DNA of 35,015 nt from Actinomycetota bacterium (GTDB taxonomy: Bacteria; Actinomycetota; Acidimicrobiia; Acidimicrobiales; WLNW01), in NCBI GenBank assembly GCA_043738925.1, contig JAYUFA010000285.1, forward strand, positions 1-35,015. Direction: 5' to 3'. This document shows positions 15,901 through 23,880 of the stretch, piece by piece. The position numbers and the translations under genes are program-made. A model generated the notes under the pieces. That model did no database searches. It saw only the letters and a program-made list of their open reading frames with translations, and was not told the origin of the DNA. How positions within the stretch are numbered: the stretch's first letter is position 1; each line of letters opens with the position of its first letter.

Positions 15901-17622
15901 ACCGAAGAACTCGGCGCGAACATTCGTCGCTATCGCGATGCGTGGACAGCTGCCGGTCACGATGGTCACGGCCGCATCACGCTGATGCTGCACACATTCC
16001 TCGACCGCGATGCGAACGTGGCCAAGGAATCGGCTCGACTGCCCCTGAAGGGGTATCTCGGCACTGCCGCCGGACTGCTGAAGAACATGGCGTCCGCGTT
16101 CCCCACCTTTGCTGGGTCAGGCAAGGATGCCGACGAGGCATTCAAGTCTCTCACCGAGGATGAACTCTCGCAGTTGCTCGACATGGCAGCCGATCGCTAC
16201 CTGCAAACCAGCGGGCTCTTCGGCACAGCGCACGACGCCGCTCACGTGATCGAGAAGGTGTCCGTGCTCGGGGTGGACGAGGTTGCGTGCCTGATCGACT
16301 TCGGGGTCGATACCGAGGCCGTGCTCAGCTCCTTCGAGCTGCTGCGCGAGACCAAAGACCTCATCGACGCGCATCGTGCCGCTGCCGCGAGCGCTCCATC
16401 GGCGCCAGTCGCCGAGGTGATCGACATGGCCGACGACACCGTGGCCGCGCTCAGCGCGCGCCACGGTGTCACCCACCTCCAATGCACGCCGTCACTGGCG
16501 GCCATGTTGGTGGCCGACCCCGCCGACCGGCAGGCGCTCACCACTATTCGCCACATGATGGTCGGCGGCGAAGCGTTGCCTGCGGCCCTCGCCGCCGAAC
16601 TGCGCGAGCTGTTGCCCGCGCGGTTCACCAACATGTACGGCCCGACCGAGACCACGATCTGGTCGTTGACCCACGAGATCGACCGCCCGCCCGAGGCCGC
16701 TGTACCCATCGGCCTTCCCATCGCGAACACCACGATCTTCGTGCTCGACGCGAACGGCCGGCCGTTGCCGATGGGCGTATACGGCGAGCTGCATATCGGC
16801 GGCGACGGCGTGGCCCACGGTTATCACAACCGCCCCGATCTCACCGCCGAGCGCTTCGTCGACCGGCCTGGCATGGGTCTCGTGTATGCCACGGGTGACG
16901 TCGCTCGCATCCATCCAAGCGGCACGGTCGAGTTCGCAGGCCGCGCCGACAATCAGGTCAAGATCCGCGGTCACCGCATCGAACTCGGCGAGATCGAGGC
17001 GGTGCTCGACACCCACCCCGATGTCGTGCAATCGGTGGTCGTCGCTCGCAGCGATAGCGGCACCCCGCAACTCGTCGCGTACGTGGTCACCCACGGCAAT
17101 CGCAAGGCCGACAGCGACATCCTGCGCAAGCACGTGGCCGAGGAGTTGCCCGAGATCATGGTGCCAGCCGCTGTCGTCACCTTGGCCGCCTTTCCGCTCA
17201 CCCCGAACGGCAAGGTCGATCGCAAGGCAATGCCCGCGCCGCCGACGGGCAGCGGCGTCACCTCGGCGAACAGTGTCCTGGTGCCGCCCACCGACGAACA
17301 CGAGGCCTTGGTCGCGCTGATCTGGACCGAGGAGCTCGGCCGACCCGTCAGCCGCGACGACAACTTCTTCGAGATCGGTGGTCACTCGTTGCTCGCCGTG
17401 AAGGTCTTCCGTCGCTTGAGCGAGGCCGCCGACGCACCGCTCGCGCTCACGGATATCTTTCGGTACCCGACCATTCGAACTTTTGCCGCGCACCTCGGCG
17501 CCGCGGTTGGAGGCGCCTCCGGCGGGTCAGTCGACCCGTCGTCCGCACCGACGGCCGCGCCGACCGGCACCGACCGTGGGGCGATGCGACGCCGCGCACT
17601 CAACCGCCGCGGCGGAGACTGA
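12913..17622 (+). CDS. Starter NRPS module: formyltransferase, C-domain remnant, A domain interrupted by a luciferase-like monooxygenase, and PCP
   Basis: 1569 aa. TTG start with GAGG 5 nt upstream. A-domain motifs A1-A10 are all present, an LLM domain sits between A4 and A5, and the PCP has the GGHSL motif. See the domain features below. Confidence 0.95.
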   Translation: MNDHNESHDHAAWRCAFIGDESLAAQCSEIARQHGLVVAVIATNNPQVRRYAEENDIACVDSAGDLAATLAQHEFDVLLSVANLRVLSDAVLSLAPVNINFHDGPLPGYGGLNVTSWAILGGERQHAITWHIMTADVDGGEVITTELMPILADDTAFSLNARCYEAGVSSFARVAEQLAARTLRTTAQPAGERRMFGKFARPATLFDPQAPAADTDRLLRAISLGSRYRNTLGSLRIVLDNAVYVLERTRVLDATPGVPAGHIVAIDEDGVRVATTEADLLLIEVSTASGSVASVREMVSGRGLAAGDAFPTPPSLLVAALAAADNHLARNETFWLNRLARLEPTDPPRVSLTPLDETWSSTNITLPDNTSTDDIVASVVLWLARVSGTGRAAMSYDDADLRASCTKLAPLAHGPVLAIDVPDGQTFAELRSAIAAEREQLAKRGPFLHDAVGRDPRTRGKSIHTSTAFCLDTSEQASRVGTPDATTLLRFEYTSDSQTLTLHHRNDAFDAAHAARVGEQLTTLLAATRTTAEARVYELALIGPTEQALLDAMNATGIGYDITATVDELFRAQARHTPDAPALTFAARTLTYAQLRDATNLLAAKLRAAGVGRGDRVGIALPRSIDMVVSVLATLECGAAYLPLDPTYPDDRLDFMVDDAGIKALIAQGEIAVRLSRPGLALVHPNDPDVAGNEAAHDHVASDLAYVIYTSGSTGKPKGVMLTHRNANNFFVAMDAKIDPEHPGTWLSVTSLSFDISVLELLWTLTRGYHVVLKADRGIPTHATSGAVTATVPPVSARPMSLSLFYFAAGESQAAEGYRLLLEGAKFADKNGFEAVWTPERHFHAFGGHYPNPSVVSAAVAAITEHVHIRAGSVVLPLHSPVRVAEEWAIVDNLSRGRVGISFAAGWQPNDFVLNPSVYGTAKDALPSMIDTVKRLWRGETVDLPGHDGVPVPTRTLPRPVQPELPVWLTSAGSPSTFVQAGTLGTNLLTHLLGQSTEELGANIRRYRDAWTAAGHDGHGRITLMLHTFLDRDANVAKESARLPLKGYLGTAAGLLKNMASAFPTFAGSGKDADEAFKSLTEDELSQLLDMAADRYLQTSGLFGTAHDAAHVIEKVSVLGVDEVACLIDFGVDTEAVLSSFELLRETKDLIDAHRAAAASAPSAPVAEVIDMADDTVAALSARHGVTHLQCTPSLAAMLVADPADRQALTTIRHMMVGGEALPAALAAELRELLPARFTNMYGPTETTIWSLTHEIDRPPEAAVPIGLPIANTTIFVLDANGRPLPMGVYGELHIGGDGVAHGYHNRPDLTAERFVDRPGMGLVYATGDVARIHPSGTVEFAGRADNQVKIRGHRIELGEIEAVLDTHPDVVQSVVVARSDSGTPQLVAYVVTHGNRKADSDILRKHVAEELPEIMVPAAVVTLAAFPLTPNGKVDRKAMPAPPTGSGVTSANSVLVPPTDEHEALVALIWTEELGRPVSRDDNFFEIGGHSLLAVKVFRRLSEAADAPLALTDIFRYPTIRTFAAHLGAAVGGASGGSVDPSSAPTAAPTGTDRGAMRRRALNRRGGD
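12949..13785 (+). other. Formyltransferase (F) domain: Fmt-like N-terminal catalytic part plus C-terminal OB-like part (approximate bounds)
   Basis: INFHDGPLPGYGG corresponds to the N-x-H-x-S-LLP-x-x-RG motif, with the His codon at 13216-13218. ADVDGGEVI corresponds to the catalytic Asp motif. The layout resembles the F domains of LgrA and OzmO. Confidence 0.8.
13906..14580 (+). other. Condensation-domain C-terminal half without the HHxxxDG catalytic motif (remnant or linker)
   Basis: ETFWLNRLARLEP...LPD...DIVASVVLWLARVSG resembles the post-C3 region of C domains. No HHxxxDG was found anywhere upstream of the A domain. Confidence 0.5.
14596..17235 (+). other. Adenylation domain, interrupted; hand-derived specificity code DILQMGMIWK (Gly-like)
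   Basis: A3 is LAYVIYTSGSTGKPKG and A4 is SFDISVLE (Asp codon 15175-15177), followed by the insertion. After it come A5 NMYGPTETT (16630), A6 GELHIGGDGVAHGY, A7 YATGD, A8 GRADNQVKIRGHRIELGEIE and A10 NGKVDRK. The code was obtained by manual alignment to GrsA-PheA positions 235-517. Confidence 0.85.
15310..16350 (+). other. Luciferase-like (FMN-dependent) monooxygenase domain inserted between A4 and A5 (MtaG/MelG MOx-type)
   Basis: MSLSLFYFAAG...YRLLLEGAKFADKNGFEAVWTPERHFHAFGGHYPNPSV...RAGSVVLPLHSPVRVAEEWAIVDNLSRGRVGISFAAGWQPNDF is the typical natural-product LLM-domain signature. Confidence 0.85.
17301..17495 (+). other. Peptidyl carrier protein (T) domain
   Basis: FFEIGGHSLLAVKV, with the phosphopantetheinyl Ser codon at 17386-17388. 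Confidence 0.9.
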
Positions 17623-17667
17623 GCTCACGATGCGTCGATCGACCGAAACCTTGAGGACACGCACCGC

Positions 17668-20600
17668 ATGAACGCCGACGAGCTGTCCGAATCCGACATC
17701 GCGATCGTTGGCATGTCGGGGCGCTTCCCCGGCGCGCCCGATGTCGATGCGTTGTGGACTCGGGTGCGCAACGGTGACGACTGCCTGGTCGACCTCGACC
17801 CCAACGATCTGATCGCCGCCGGTTTGCCGGCGTCACTCGTGCAGGCAACCGACTACGTCAAGCGTTCTGGCATTCTCGAAGGCGTCGACACCTTCGACGC
17901 CGGGTTCTTCGGAATCGGCGCACGCGACGCGTCGATCATGGACCCGCAACATCGACACTTCTACGAGATCGCATGGGAGACCATCGAGTCCGCCGGTTAC
18001 GTCCCCGAGCGATTCGACGGCGCAATCGGCGTGTTCGCCGGTTGCGGTATGAACACCTACCTCGTCAACAACCTGCTCACGAACCCCCAACTCGTCGATC
18101 AGGTGGGCTGGTTCCTCCTGCGCCACACCGCCAACGACAAAGACTTCCTGGCGACCGGCGTTTCCTACCGACTCGATTTGCGCGGCCCATCGATCAGCGT
18201 GCAGACCGCATGCTCCACATCGCTCGTCGCGATCCATCTCGCCGCACAGAGCCTGCTGTCGTTCGAGTGCGACATGGCCGTCGCCGGCGGCGTCACCATC
18301 GAAGTGCCCCACGCCCGCGGCTACCGCTACCACGAAGGCGAGATCCTCGCGCCCGACGGGATGTGCCGTGCGTTCGACGCCCGTTCCGGCGGCACGGTGC
18401 TTGCCAGCGGCGCCGGCGCCGTCGCGCTGCGACGCTTGACCGACGCCTACCGTGACGGTGATCCCATCCTCGCGGTCGTGAAGGGCAGCGCCGTCAACAA
18501 CGACGGCAGTCGCAAGGTGAGCTATCTCGCGCCGAGTGTCGACGGCCACGCCGACGTCGTCAAAGAAGCGCTCGCGGTTGCCGGGTTGTCGGCACGTGAC
18601 ATCACGCTGCTCGAGGCGCACGGCACCGGCACAGCCGTCGGCGATCCGATCGAGGTCGCGGCCCTTACCGAAGGGTTCCGCGCGTCGACGACCGACACCG
18701 GGTTCTGCCGCCTCGTGTCCACCAAGCCGAATATCGGTCACCTCGATACCGCGGCCGGTGTCGCCAGCATCATCAAGGTTGTTCAGGCGCTGCGTCACCA
18801 GACGCTGCCACCGATTGCCAACCACACCGCGCCGAGCCCGCTGCTCGACATCGAGCGCACGCCCTTCGTGCTGTCGGGCCATGCTTCGCCGTGGCCGACC
18901 ACCGGCACGGCCCCGCGTCGTGCGGGGGTCAGCTCGCTCGGCGTAGGCGGTACGAACGCTCACGTCATCGTCGAGGAGGCACCTGAGTACGCGCCCACAC
19001 CCGCGGCGGCGCCCGAGCAAGTACTCGCGTTGTCGGGTCGCTCGCCGAAAGCCGTCGACGATGCGGTAACCCGCCTCGCCGACTTCCTCGAAGCGCACCC
19101 CGACACGAACCTCGCCGACGTCGCGTTCACACTTGCCACCGGCCGACGCGCCATGACGCACCGCCGCGTACTCACGGTCACCGATACCACGAGCGCACCG
19201 ACGCAACTGCGAGAGGCCGACCGGCGCCGCAACCAGCAGGGTCAAACAGCCGACACGGCGCCCGGCGTCGCATTCTTGTTTCCCGGAGGCGGCGCGCAGT
19301 ACGTCGGCATGGGGGCCGGGCTCGACGAGCGCTTTGACGTTTACCACCAGGTGATGCGTGACGGCATCGCGCTCACCAGGCAACTGGCCAACGGTCTCGA
19401 CCTTGCGCCACTCCTTACGCCGGGCGGAGACGACGACGCGTTGCGTCAAGCCGACGCGTCGCTACCCGCGGTGTTTATCACCACGATCGCGCTCGCGAAG
19501 CAGTGGATGGCCTGGGGTGTCAGACCTCGTACGTTCGTCGGCCACAGCCTGGGCGAGTACGCAGCCGCACACCTCGCTGGTGTGCTCACGTTCAAGGATG
19601 CGCTCTCACTCGTGGTGGTGCGCGCACAGCTGATGGCGCGCGTCGGAGGCGCCGGTGCCGCGATGCTCGCCGTGCCATTGTCCTCGGAGCAGGTCCGAGC
19701 GATCCTGCCGGAGAGCATCTCGCTTGCCACCGTGAACGCTCACGACGAATGCGTCGTATCCGGTCACGCCGTCGACGTGTTCGCGTTCGACGAGCAACTT
19801 GCCGCCGACGGAATCACCTGTACACGCATCCCGCTCGCTGCCGCGGCGCACAGCTCCTTGCTCGATCCGGTACTCGCCGAGTTCCTCGAGGCTGTGCGGG
19901 GTGTCACGCTGTCGGCGCCCCAAATGCCCTACCTGTCAAACCTCACCGGCACGTGGATCACCACCGAGCAGGCCACAGATCCGCAGTACTGGGTCGACCA
20001 TCTGCGTAACACCGTGCGGTTCGCCGATTGTCTGGCCACCGCGCTCGCCGACGGCCCACTCGCGCTCGTCGAGATCGGGCCCGGGCAATCGCTGTCGTCG
20101 TACGCACGGCGCCAGGAGACCAACGCCCCCGTAATCGTGGTGGCCTCACTCCGTCACCCCAACGACAAGACCGACGACACGGTGCACTCGTTGCAGGCGG
20201 TCGCAAAGCTTTGGACCGTCGGCGTGCCCGTCGCGCTCGAGCAGTTCAGCGGTACTGGTCGACGACGCTTACGATTGCCGACCTACCCCTTTCAACGCGA
20301 ACGCCATTGGATCGAACCCGGCAATGGCTACAGCACCACCGAAGGTGCGTCGGTGGCCGCGACCCGGCCCGTGGGCATTGCACGGGGGCACGAGGCCAAG
20401 CCGAGCGGGCCGGCGCGTATCGACAACCTTGACGACTGGTTCTGGGAACCGTCGTGGGTCGAACGCGAGTTGCAGTCCACGCCGCGCGCCACCGTTGGTC
20501 CGTGGTTACTCGTCGGCGATGACGCCGATCCGCTCGTTGGCGCCATCTCGGTCGAACTGCGCCACCGCGGCGAGATCGTGCGCACCGCAAGCACCTTCGA

Positions 20601-23600
20601 TCCCGATCGCTTGGGCCCCAGCCGCGCCATTGCCGTCATCGGCGCCGCGGGCAATGACGCCACCGGCCTCGATCGTGCCGCAGCACGCTGGTTGGGCGAC
20701 ACCGTGTCAGCCGCACGAACGTTGGGCAACCACGCCGATGGTGTTGCCCGCCTCGCGGTGGTCACACGTGGCGCAACAGCGGCAGGCGGCATGGCCACAC
20801 GGCCCGTCGACGCGCTCGCGCTCGGCACGGTGCTCGTCGCACCAAAAGAGTATCCCGATCTCACCACCGTGCTCGTCGATCTCGACGCCGCCGCGGGTTC
20901 TGAAGGAGCGCGTGCCGCGGTCGACGAACTGCTCGCCGCCACCGACCGCGTCGTTGCCCGCCGCGGCAAAGCCCGCCTCGTGCCCGAACTCTCGCGACTC
21001 GCCCTGCCGGCCCCGCGCGCCGACACCGTCACCTTCCGCAAGGGTGGCATCTACGTCGTGACCGGCGCGCTCGGCGGTGTCGGTCACGTGCTGGCGAAAC
21101 ATCTCGCGACCGCGCACGACGCGTCGCTTGTCGTGGTGTCGTCGACCACGGTCCCTGAGGGCGACCAACGCGACCGCTGGCTGGCGCGTCACGGCCACGA
21201 CGACGCGACCTCACGTCGCATCCGACGACTCGTCGAGCTCGAAACGCTGGCCACCAAGGTCGTCACCGTCACCGCTGACCTCGCCGATCCTGTCGCTCTA
21301 CGCCACGCGCTTGACGAAGCCGAGCGCCGTATTGGTCGCATCGACGGCGCCGTGCACGCTGCCGGCCACCTGCAAGATCGACTCATCGAAATGGTCACCC
21401 CCGAGGACCACGAAGCCGTCATCGGTCCCAAGGCCCGCGCCGCGATTGTGTTGGCCGACGAGCTGGCGCGACGTGGCGCCGAGCTGCTCGTGCTGGTCAG
21501 CTCGACCAGCACGACGCTCGCTCCCGGCGGACAAACAAGCTATGTCGCGGCGAACGCCGTACTCGATGCTCTTGCAGGCACGCGTGGACGGCTGCGGGTC
21601 ACGACGATGGACTTCGGTGTGTGGGCCGGCACGGGCATGGCGGCCCAAGCTGCGCGCAAGCTCCGCCTTGGCATCGAGGATGGCACCCACATCATTCATC
21701 CGGTGTTGGCCGAGATGCAGGTCGGCCGCGACGGCACGCTTGCGTTCATCGGCCGCGTGGATGCCGCGCATGACTGGGTCGTCAACGAACATCGCACCGA
21801 GACTGGCGTCGCGGTGTTGCCGGGCACCGGCCACATTGAGCTGATGCTGGCTGCGCTGCACTATGGCAAGGTCGGCCGGGCCGGACTCCGCAACGTTGCT
21901 TTGCTCGAACCACTCATCGTGCCCGAGTCGAGCACGGTCACACTCAAGGTCACGGTCACGCCCGCAGATACCGCCGGCGTCCGGTTTGTGCGGATCGACA
22001 GCGACCGCGGCGGCGGCCGCGTCTGGCACACCCACAGCGAGGCGGAGGTCGTTGCCATCGATCCGTCGCTTGCGCTCGCACCACTCGATCTCGACGCGCT
22101 CGGCCGGGCATGCGGTCTCGACGGCATCGATGTGCTCGCCGGCCCTCGCCGCCACCTACGCCTCGGTCCTCGGTGGGACGCCGTGGTCGACGCGGCACTC
22201 GGTGACGGCGAGATCTTCGGCCGCCTCGCGCTCGCCGATGCATTCGACGACGACGCGCACGCCTGGACTGTACATCCCGCGTTGTTCGACGTGGCCACCG
22301 CCTTCGGTGTTCGCCTCGCCGCTTCCGACGATGAAGAGGCGCTGTACGTGCCTGTCGGATACGACAGCGTCACGTCGATCGCGCCGCTGCCGTCGCATGT
22401 GGTGGTGCACGCAACGCGACATCCCTCGACAACCGATCAGATACTTCGCGTCGATCTCACGTTGGCAGACATAGAGGGGAACGTCGCGCTCCGCGTCAGT
22501 GGTCTCAGCTTGCGCGCGATGCGTGACCCCGGCATGTTCGCGGCAGCGCCGGATGACGATGCTCCAGCCACGCCGCGGGCGATGGCGCCGCTGTTGGCGC
22601 TCGCCGAGGACCTCGGCATTCGTGAGGCCGAAGGCGCGTTGCTCGTCGAGCGCCTACTGGCCAGCGGTCGGCCCCGTCTGATCGCGTCAAGCGTCGATCT
22701 CGACTCGTTACGAGACGACGAAGACGCCGACAGCGCCGCGAGCAAACCGAGCGACCTCGCTGCGCCTGCCGGCAGCGTCGTCGACGCGCTCACGGTCATG
22801 TGGCGTGACCTGCTCGGCGTCGACAACGTCTCGCCCACCGACGATTTCTTCGATCTTGGCGGACATTCGCTCATCGCGATCCGCTTGATGGCACGCGTTC
22901 ACCGCGAGCTCGGCGTGCGCTTTCAGCTCGCGACACTGTTCGAAGCTCCCACCATCGACAAGCTTGCCGCACTCGTGCGGGTCGAGCGCCCGACCATCGA
23001 CGCCACGCTCGCCCAAGTCGCAGCCGACACGCCCACACCGGCCGAGGCCGCGTCAGCCGCGTCGAGCCGAGCCAGTTGTCTCGTGCCGATCCGTGCGGCC
23101 GGTCACAAAGAGCCGTTCTTCATCGTGCATGGCGCGGGCGGCAACGTGCTCTACCTGTGGAGCCTCGTGCGTGCTCTTCCCGAAGGCCGACCGGTATACG
23201 GGTTCCAGGCCCACGGCATCGATGGCATCGGACAACCTGACCAGACCATCGAAGCCATGGCCGCGCGCTACGTCGAGGCATTGGTTGCGTTCAAGCCCGG
23301 ACCGTATGTGCTCGGCGGCTACTCCGGCGGCGGCATTGTCGCGTTCGAGATGACGAAGCAGCTGCAGGCGCTGGGCCAACAGGTGCAATACCTGGTGCTC
23401 TTCGATTCCATCGGCTCCCAATACCTGGGCCCGCGGTTCGGGTCGCGCCTCAAGAACGTCACGCAGAACCTCGGACGCGAAGGCGTACGCGAGCTCTGGC
23501 CTTTCCTCGATGAGTTGGCACGCAAGCGCTATCGCCGCATCGTCCCGTCACCGGCAGCCAAACAAGCGGCCCGCGAGGTCCAGTCGCGCGAGATGGGCTA

Positions 23601-23880
23601 TTCCGACGTAACCGACTTCGGGATTGTCGATCTTGAGGATCACTTCGCCGAAGTCGTGCATCGCTACCGGCTTGGCAGCTACAACGTCGACTATGCGCTG
23701 CTGAAAGCCGACGAGGTGTGGCCGGTGTTCCCGAGGGACTACTACTGGTCGCGCTACGTGACCGGCTCCATCGACGTCGTGTCGGTGCCCGGCAATCACC
23801 ACACGATGTTCGCTCCCGAGAACGCACCGATCCTGGCGGCCAAGCTCACACGTCTCCTTGACGAGCACGACCCGACATGA
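17668..23880 (+). CDS. Type I polyketide synthase: KS-AT-KR-DH-carrier-TE
   Basis: 2070 aa. ATG at 17668 with GAGGA upstream, 45 nt after the NRPS stop. Domain motifs are listed in the features below. Confidence 0.95.
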   Translation: MNADELSESDIAIVGMSGRFPGAPDVDALWTRVRNGDDCLVDLDPNDLIAAGLPASLVQATDYVKRSGILEGVDTFDAGFFGIGARDASIMDPQHRHFYEIAWETIESAGYVPERFDGAIGVFAGCGMNTYLVNNLLTNPQLVDQVGWFLLRHTANDKDFLATGVSYRLDLRGPSISVQTACSTSLVAIHLAAQSLLSFECDMAVAGGVTIEVPHARGYRYHEGEILAPDGMCRAFDARSGGTVLASGAGAVALRRLTDAYRDGDPILAVVKGSAVNNDGSRKVSYLAPSVDGHADVVKEALAVAGLSARDITLLEAHGTGTAVGDPIEVAALTEGFRASTTDTGFCRLVSTKPNIGHLDTAAGVASIIKVVQALRHQTLPPIANHTAPSPLLDIERTPFVLSGHASPWPTTGTAPRRAGVSSLGVGGTNAHVIVEEAPEYAPTPAAAPEQVLALSGRSPKAVDDAVTRLADFLEAHPDTNLADVAFTLATGRRAMTHRRVLTVTDTTSAPTQLREADRRRNQQGQTADTAPGVAFLFPGGGAQYVGMGAGLDERFDVYHQVMRDGIALTRQLANGLDLAPLLTPGGDDDALRQADASLPAVFITTIALAKQWMAWGVRPRTFVGHSLGEYAAAHLAGVLTFKDALSLVVVRAQLMARVGGAGAAMLAVPLSSEQVRAILPESISLATVNAHDECVVSGHAVDVFAFDEQLAADGITCTRIPLAAAAHSSLLDPVLAEFLEAVRGVTLSAPQMPYLSNLTGTWITTEQATDPQYWVDHLRNTVRFADCLATALADGPLALVEIGPGQSLSSYARRQETNAPVIVVASLRHPNDKTDDTVHSLQAVAKLWTVGVPVALEQFSGTGRRRLRLPTYPFQRERHWIEPGNGYSTTEGASVAATRPVGIARGHEAKPSGPARIDNLDDWFWEPSWVERELQSTPRATVGPWLLVGDDADPLVGAISVELRHRGEIVRTASTFDPDRLGPSRAIAVIGAAGNDATGLDRAAARWLGDTVSAARTLGNHADGVARLAVVTRGATAAGGMATRPVDALALGTVLVAPKEYPDLTTVLVDLDAAAGSEGARAAVDELLAATDRVVARRGKARLVPELSRLALPAPRADTVTFRKGGIYVVTGALGGVGHVLAKHLATAHDASLVVVSSTTVPEGDQRDRWLARHGHDDATSRRIRRLVELETLATKVVTVTADLADPVALRHALDEAERRIGRIDGAVHAAGHLQDRLIEMVTPEDHEAVIGPKARAAIVLADELARRGAELLVLVSSTSTTLAPGGQTSYVAANAVLDALAGTRGRLRVTTMDFGVWAGTGMAAQAARKLRLGIEDGTHIIHPVLAEMQVGRDGTLAFIGRVDAAHDWVVNEHRTETGVAVLPGTGHIELMLAALHYGKVGRAGLRNVALLEPLIVPESSTVTLKVTVTPADTAGVRFVRIDSDRGGGRVWHTHSEAEVVAIDPSLALAPLDLDALGRACGLDGIDVLAGPRRHLRLGPRWDAVVDAALGDGEIFGRLALADAFDDDAHAWTVHPALFDVATAFGVRLAASDDEEALYVPVGYDSVTSIAPLPSHVVVHATRHPSTTDQILRVDLTLADIEGNVALRVSGLSLRAMRDPGMFAAAPDDDAPATPRAMAPLLALAEDLGIREAEGALLVERLLASGRPRLIASSVDLDSLRDDEDADSAASKPSDLAAPAGSVVDALTVMWRDLLGVDNVSPTDDFFDLGGHSLIAIRLMARVHRELGVRFQLATLFEAPTIDKLAALVRVERPTIDATLAQVAADTPTPAEAASAASSRASCLVPIRAAGHKEPFFIVHGAGGNVLYLWSLVRALPEGRPVYGFQAHGIDGIGQPDQTIEAMAARYVEALVAFKPGPYVLGGYSGGGIVAFEMTKQLQALGQQVQYLVLFDSIGSQYLGPRFGSRLKNVTQNLGREGVRELWPFLDELARKRYRRIVPSPAAKQAAREVQSREMGYSDVTDFGIVDLEDHFAEVVHRYRLGSYNVDYALLKADEVWPVFPRDYYWSRYVTGSIDVVSVPGNHHTMFAPENAPILAAKLTRLLDEHDPT
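17695..18980 (+). other. Ketosynthase domain
   Basis: DIAIVGMSGRFPG. Active-site TACSTSLVAIHLA with the Cys codon at 18211-18213. EAHGTGTAVGD, KPNIGHLDTAAG and GTNAHVIVEE are also present. Confidence 0.95.
19267..20170 (+). other. Acyltransferase domain with an atypical specificity motif
   Basis: FLFPGGGAQY. GHSLGEY with the Ser codon at 19546-19548. The specificity position reads AAAHS rather than HAFHS (malonyl) or YASHS (methylmalonyl). Confidence 0.9.
20500..21645 (+). other. Ketoreductase domain (structural plus catalytic subdomains), located before the DH
   Basis: Rossmann motif VVTGALGGVGHVLAKHL (21061-21084) and catalytic region SSTSTTLAPGGQTSYVAANAVLD. Confidence 0.85.
21697..22525 (+). 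other. PKS-type dehydratase (double hot-dog) domain, located after the KR
   Basis: HPVLAE. NEHRTETGVAVLPGTGHIE with the His codon at 21790-21792. LGPRW occupies the YGPxF position, and HPALFDVATAF corresponds to the D-xxx-Q/H motif. Confidence 0.8.
22777..22980 (+). other. Carrier domain with a PCP-type motif (GGHSL) rather than the ACP-type (GxDSL)
   Basis: DDFFDLGGHSLIAIRLMARV, with the Ser codon at 22867-22869. Confidence 0.85.
23080..23877 (+). other. Type I thioesterase domain
   Basis: FFIVHGAGGN. GGYSGGG with the Ser codon at 23323-23325. A distal His lies in PGNHHTMF. Confidence 0.85.

Noticed and set aside
17833-19449. Long antisense ORFs opposite real genes. Examples: 17833..19449, 16492..17493, 14308..15258, 12718..13218, 8404..9873, 5748..6782, 2679..3710, 112..930, 27117..28142, 27976..28845, 33533..34201 and 20328..21050
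   Set aside because: These are typical shadow ORFs of about 70% GC DNA. Stop codons are rare in the antisense frames, the translations are low-complexity and Arg/Ala/Pro/Gly-rich with no motifs, and each lies fully inside a gene with strong domain evidence on the other strand.
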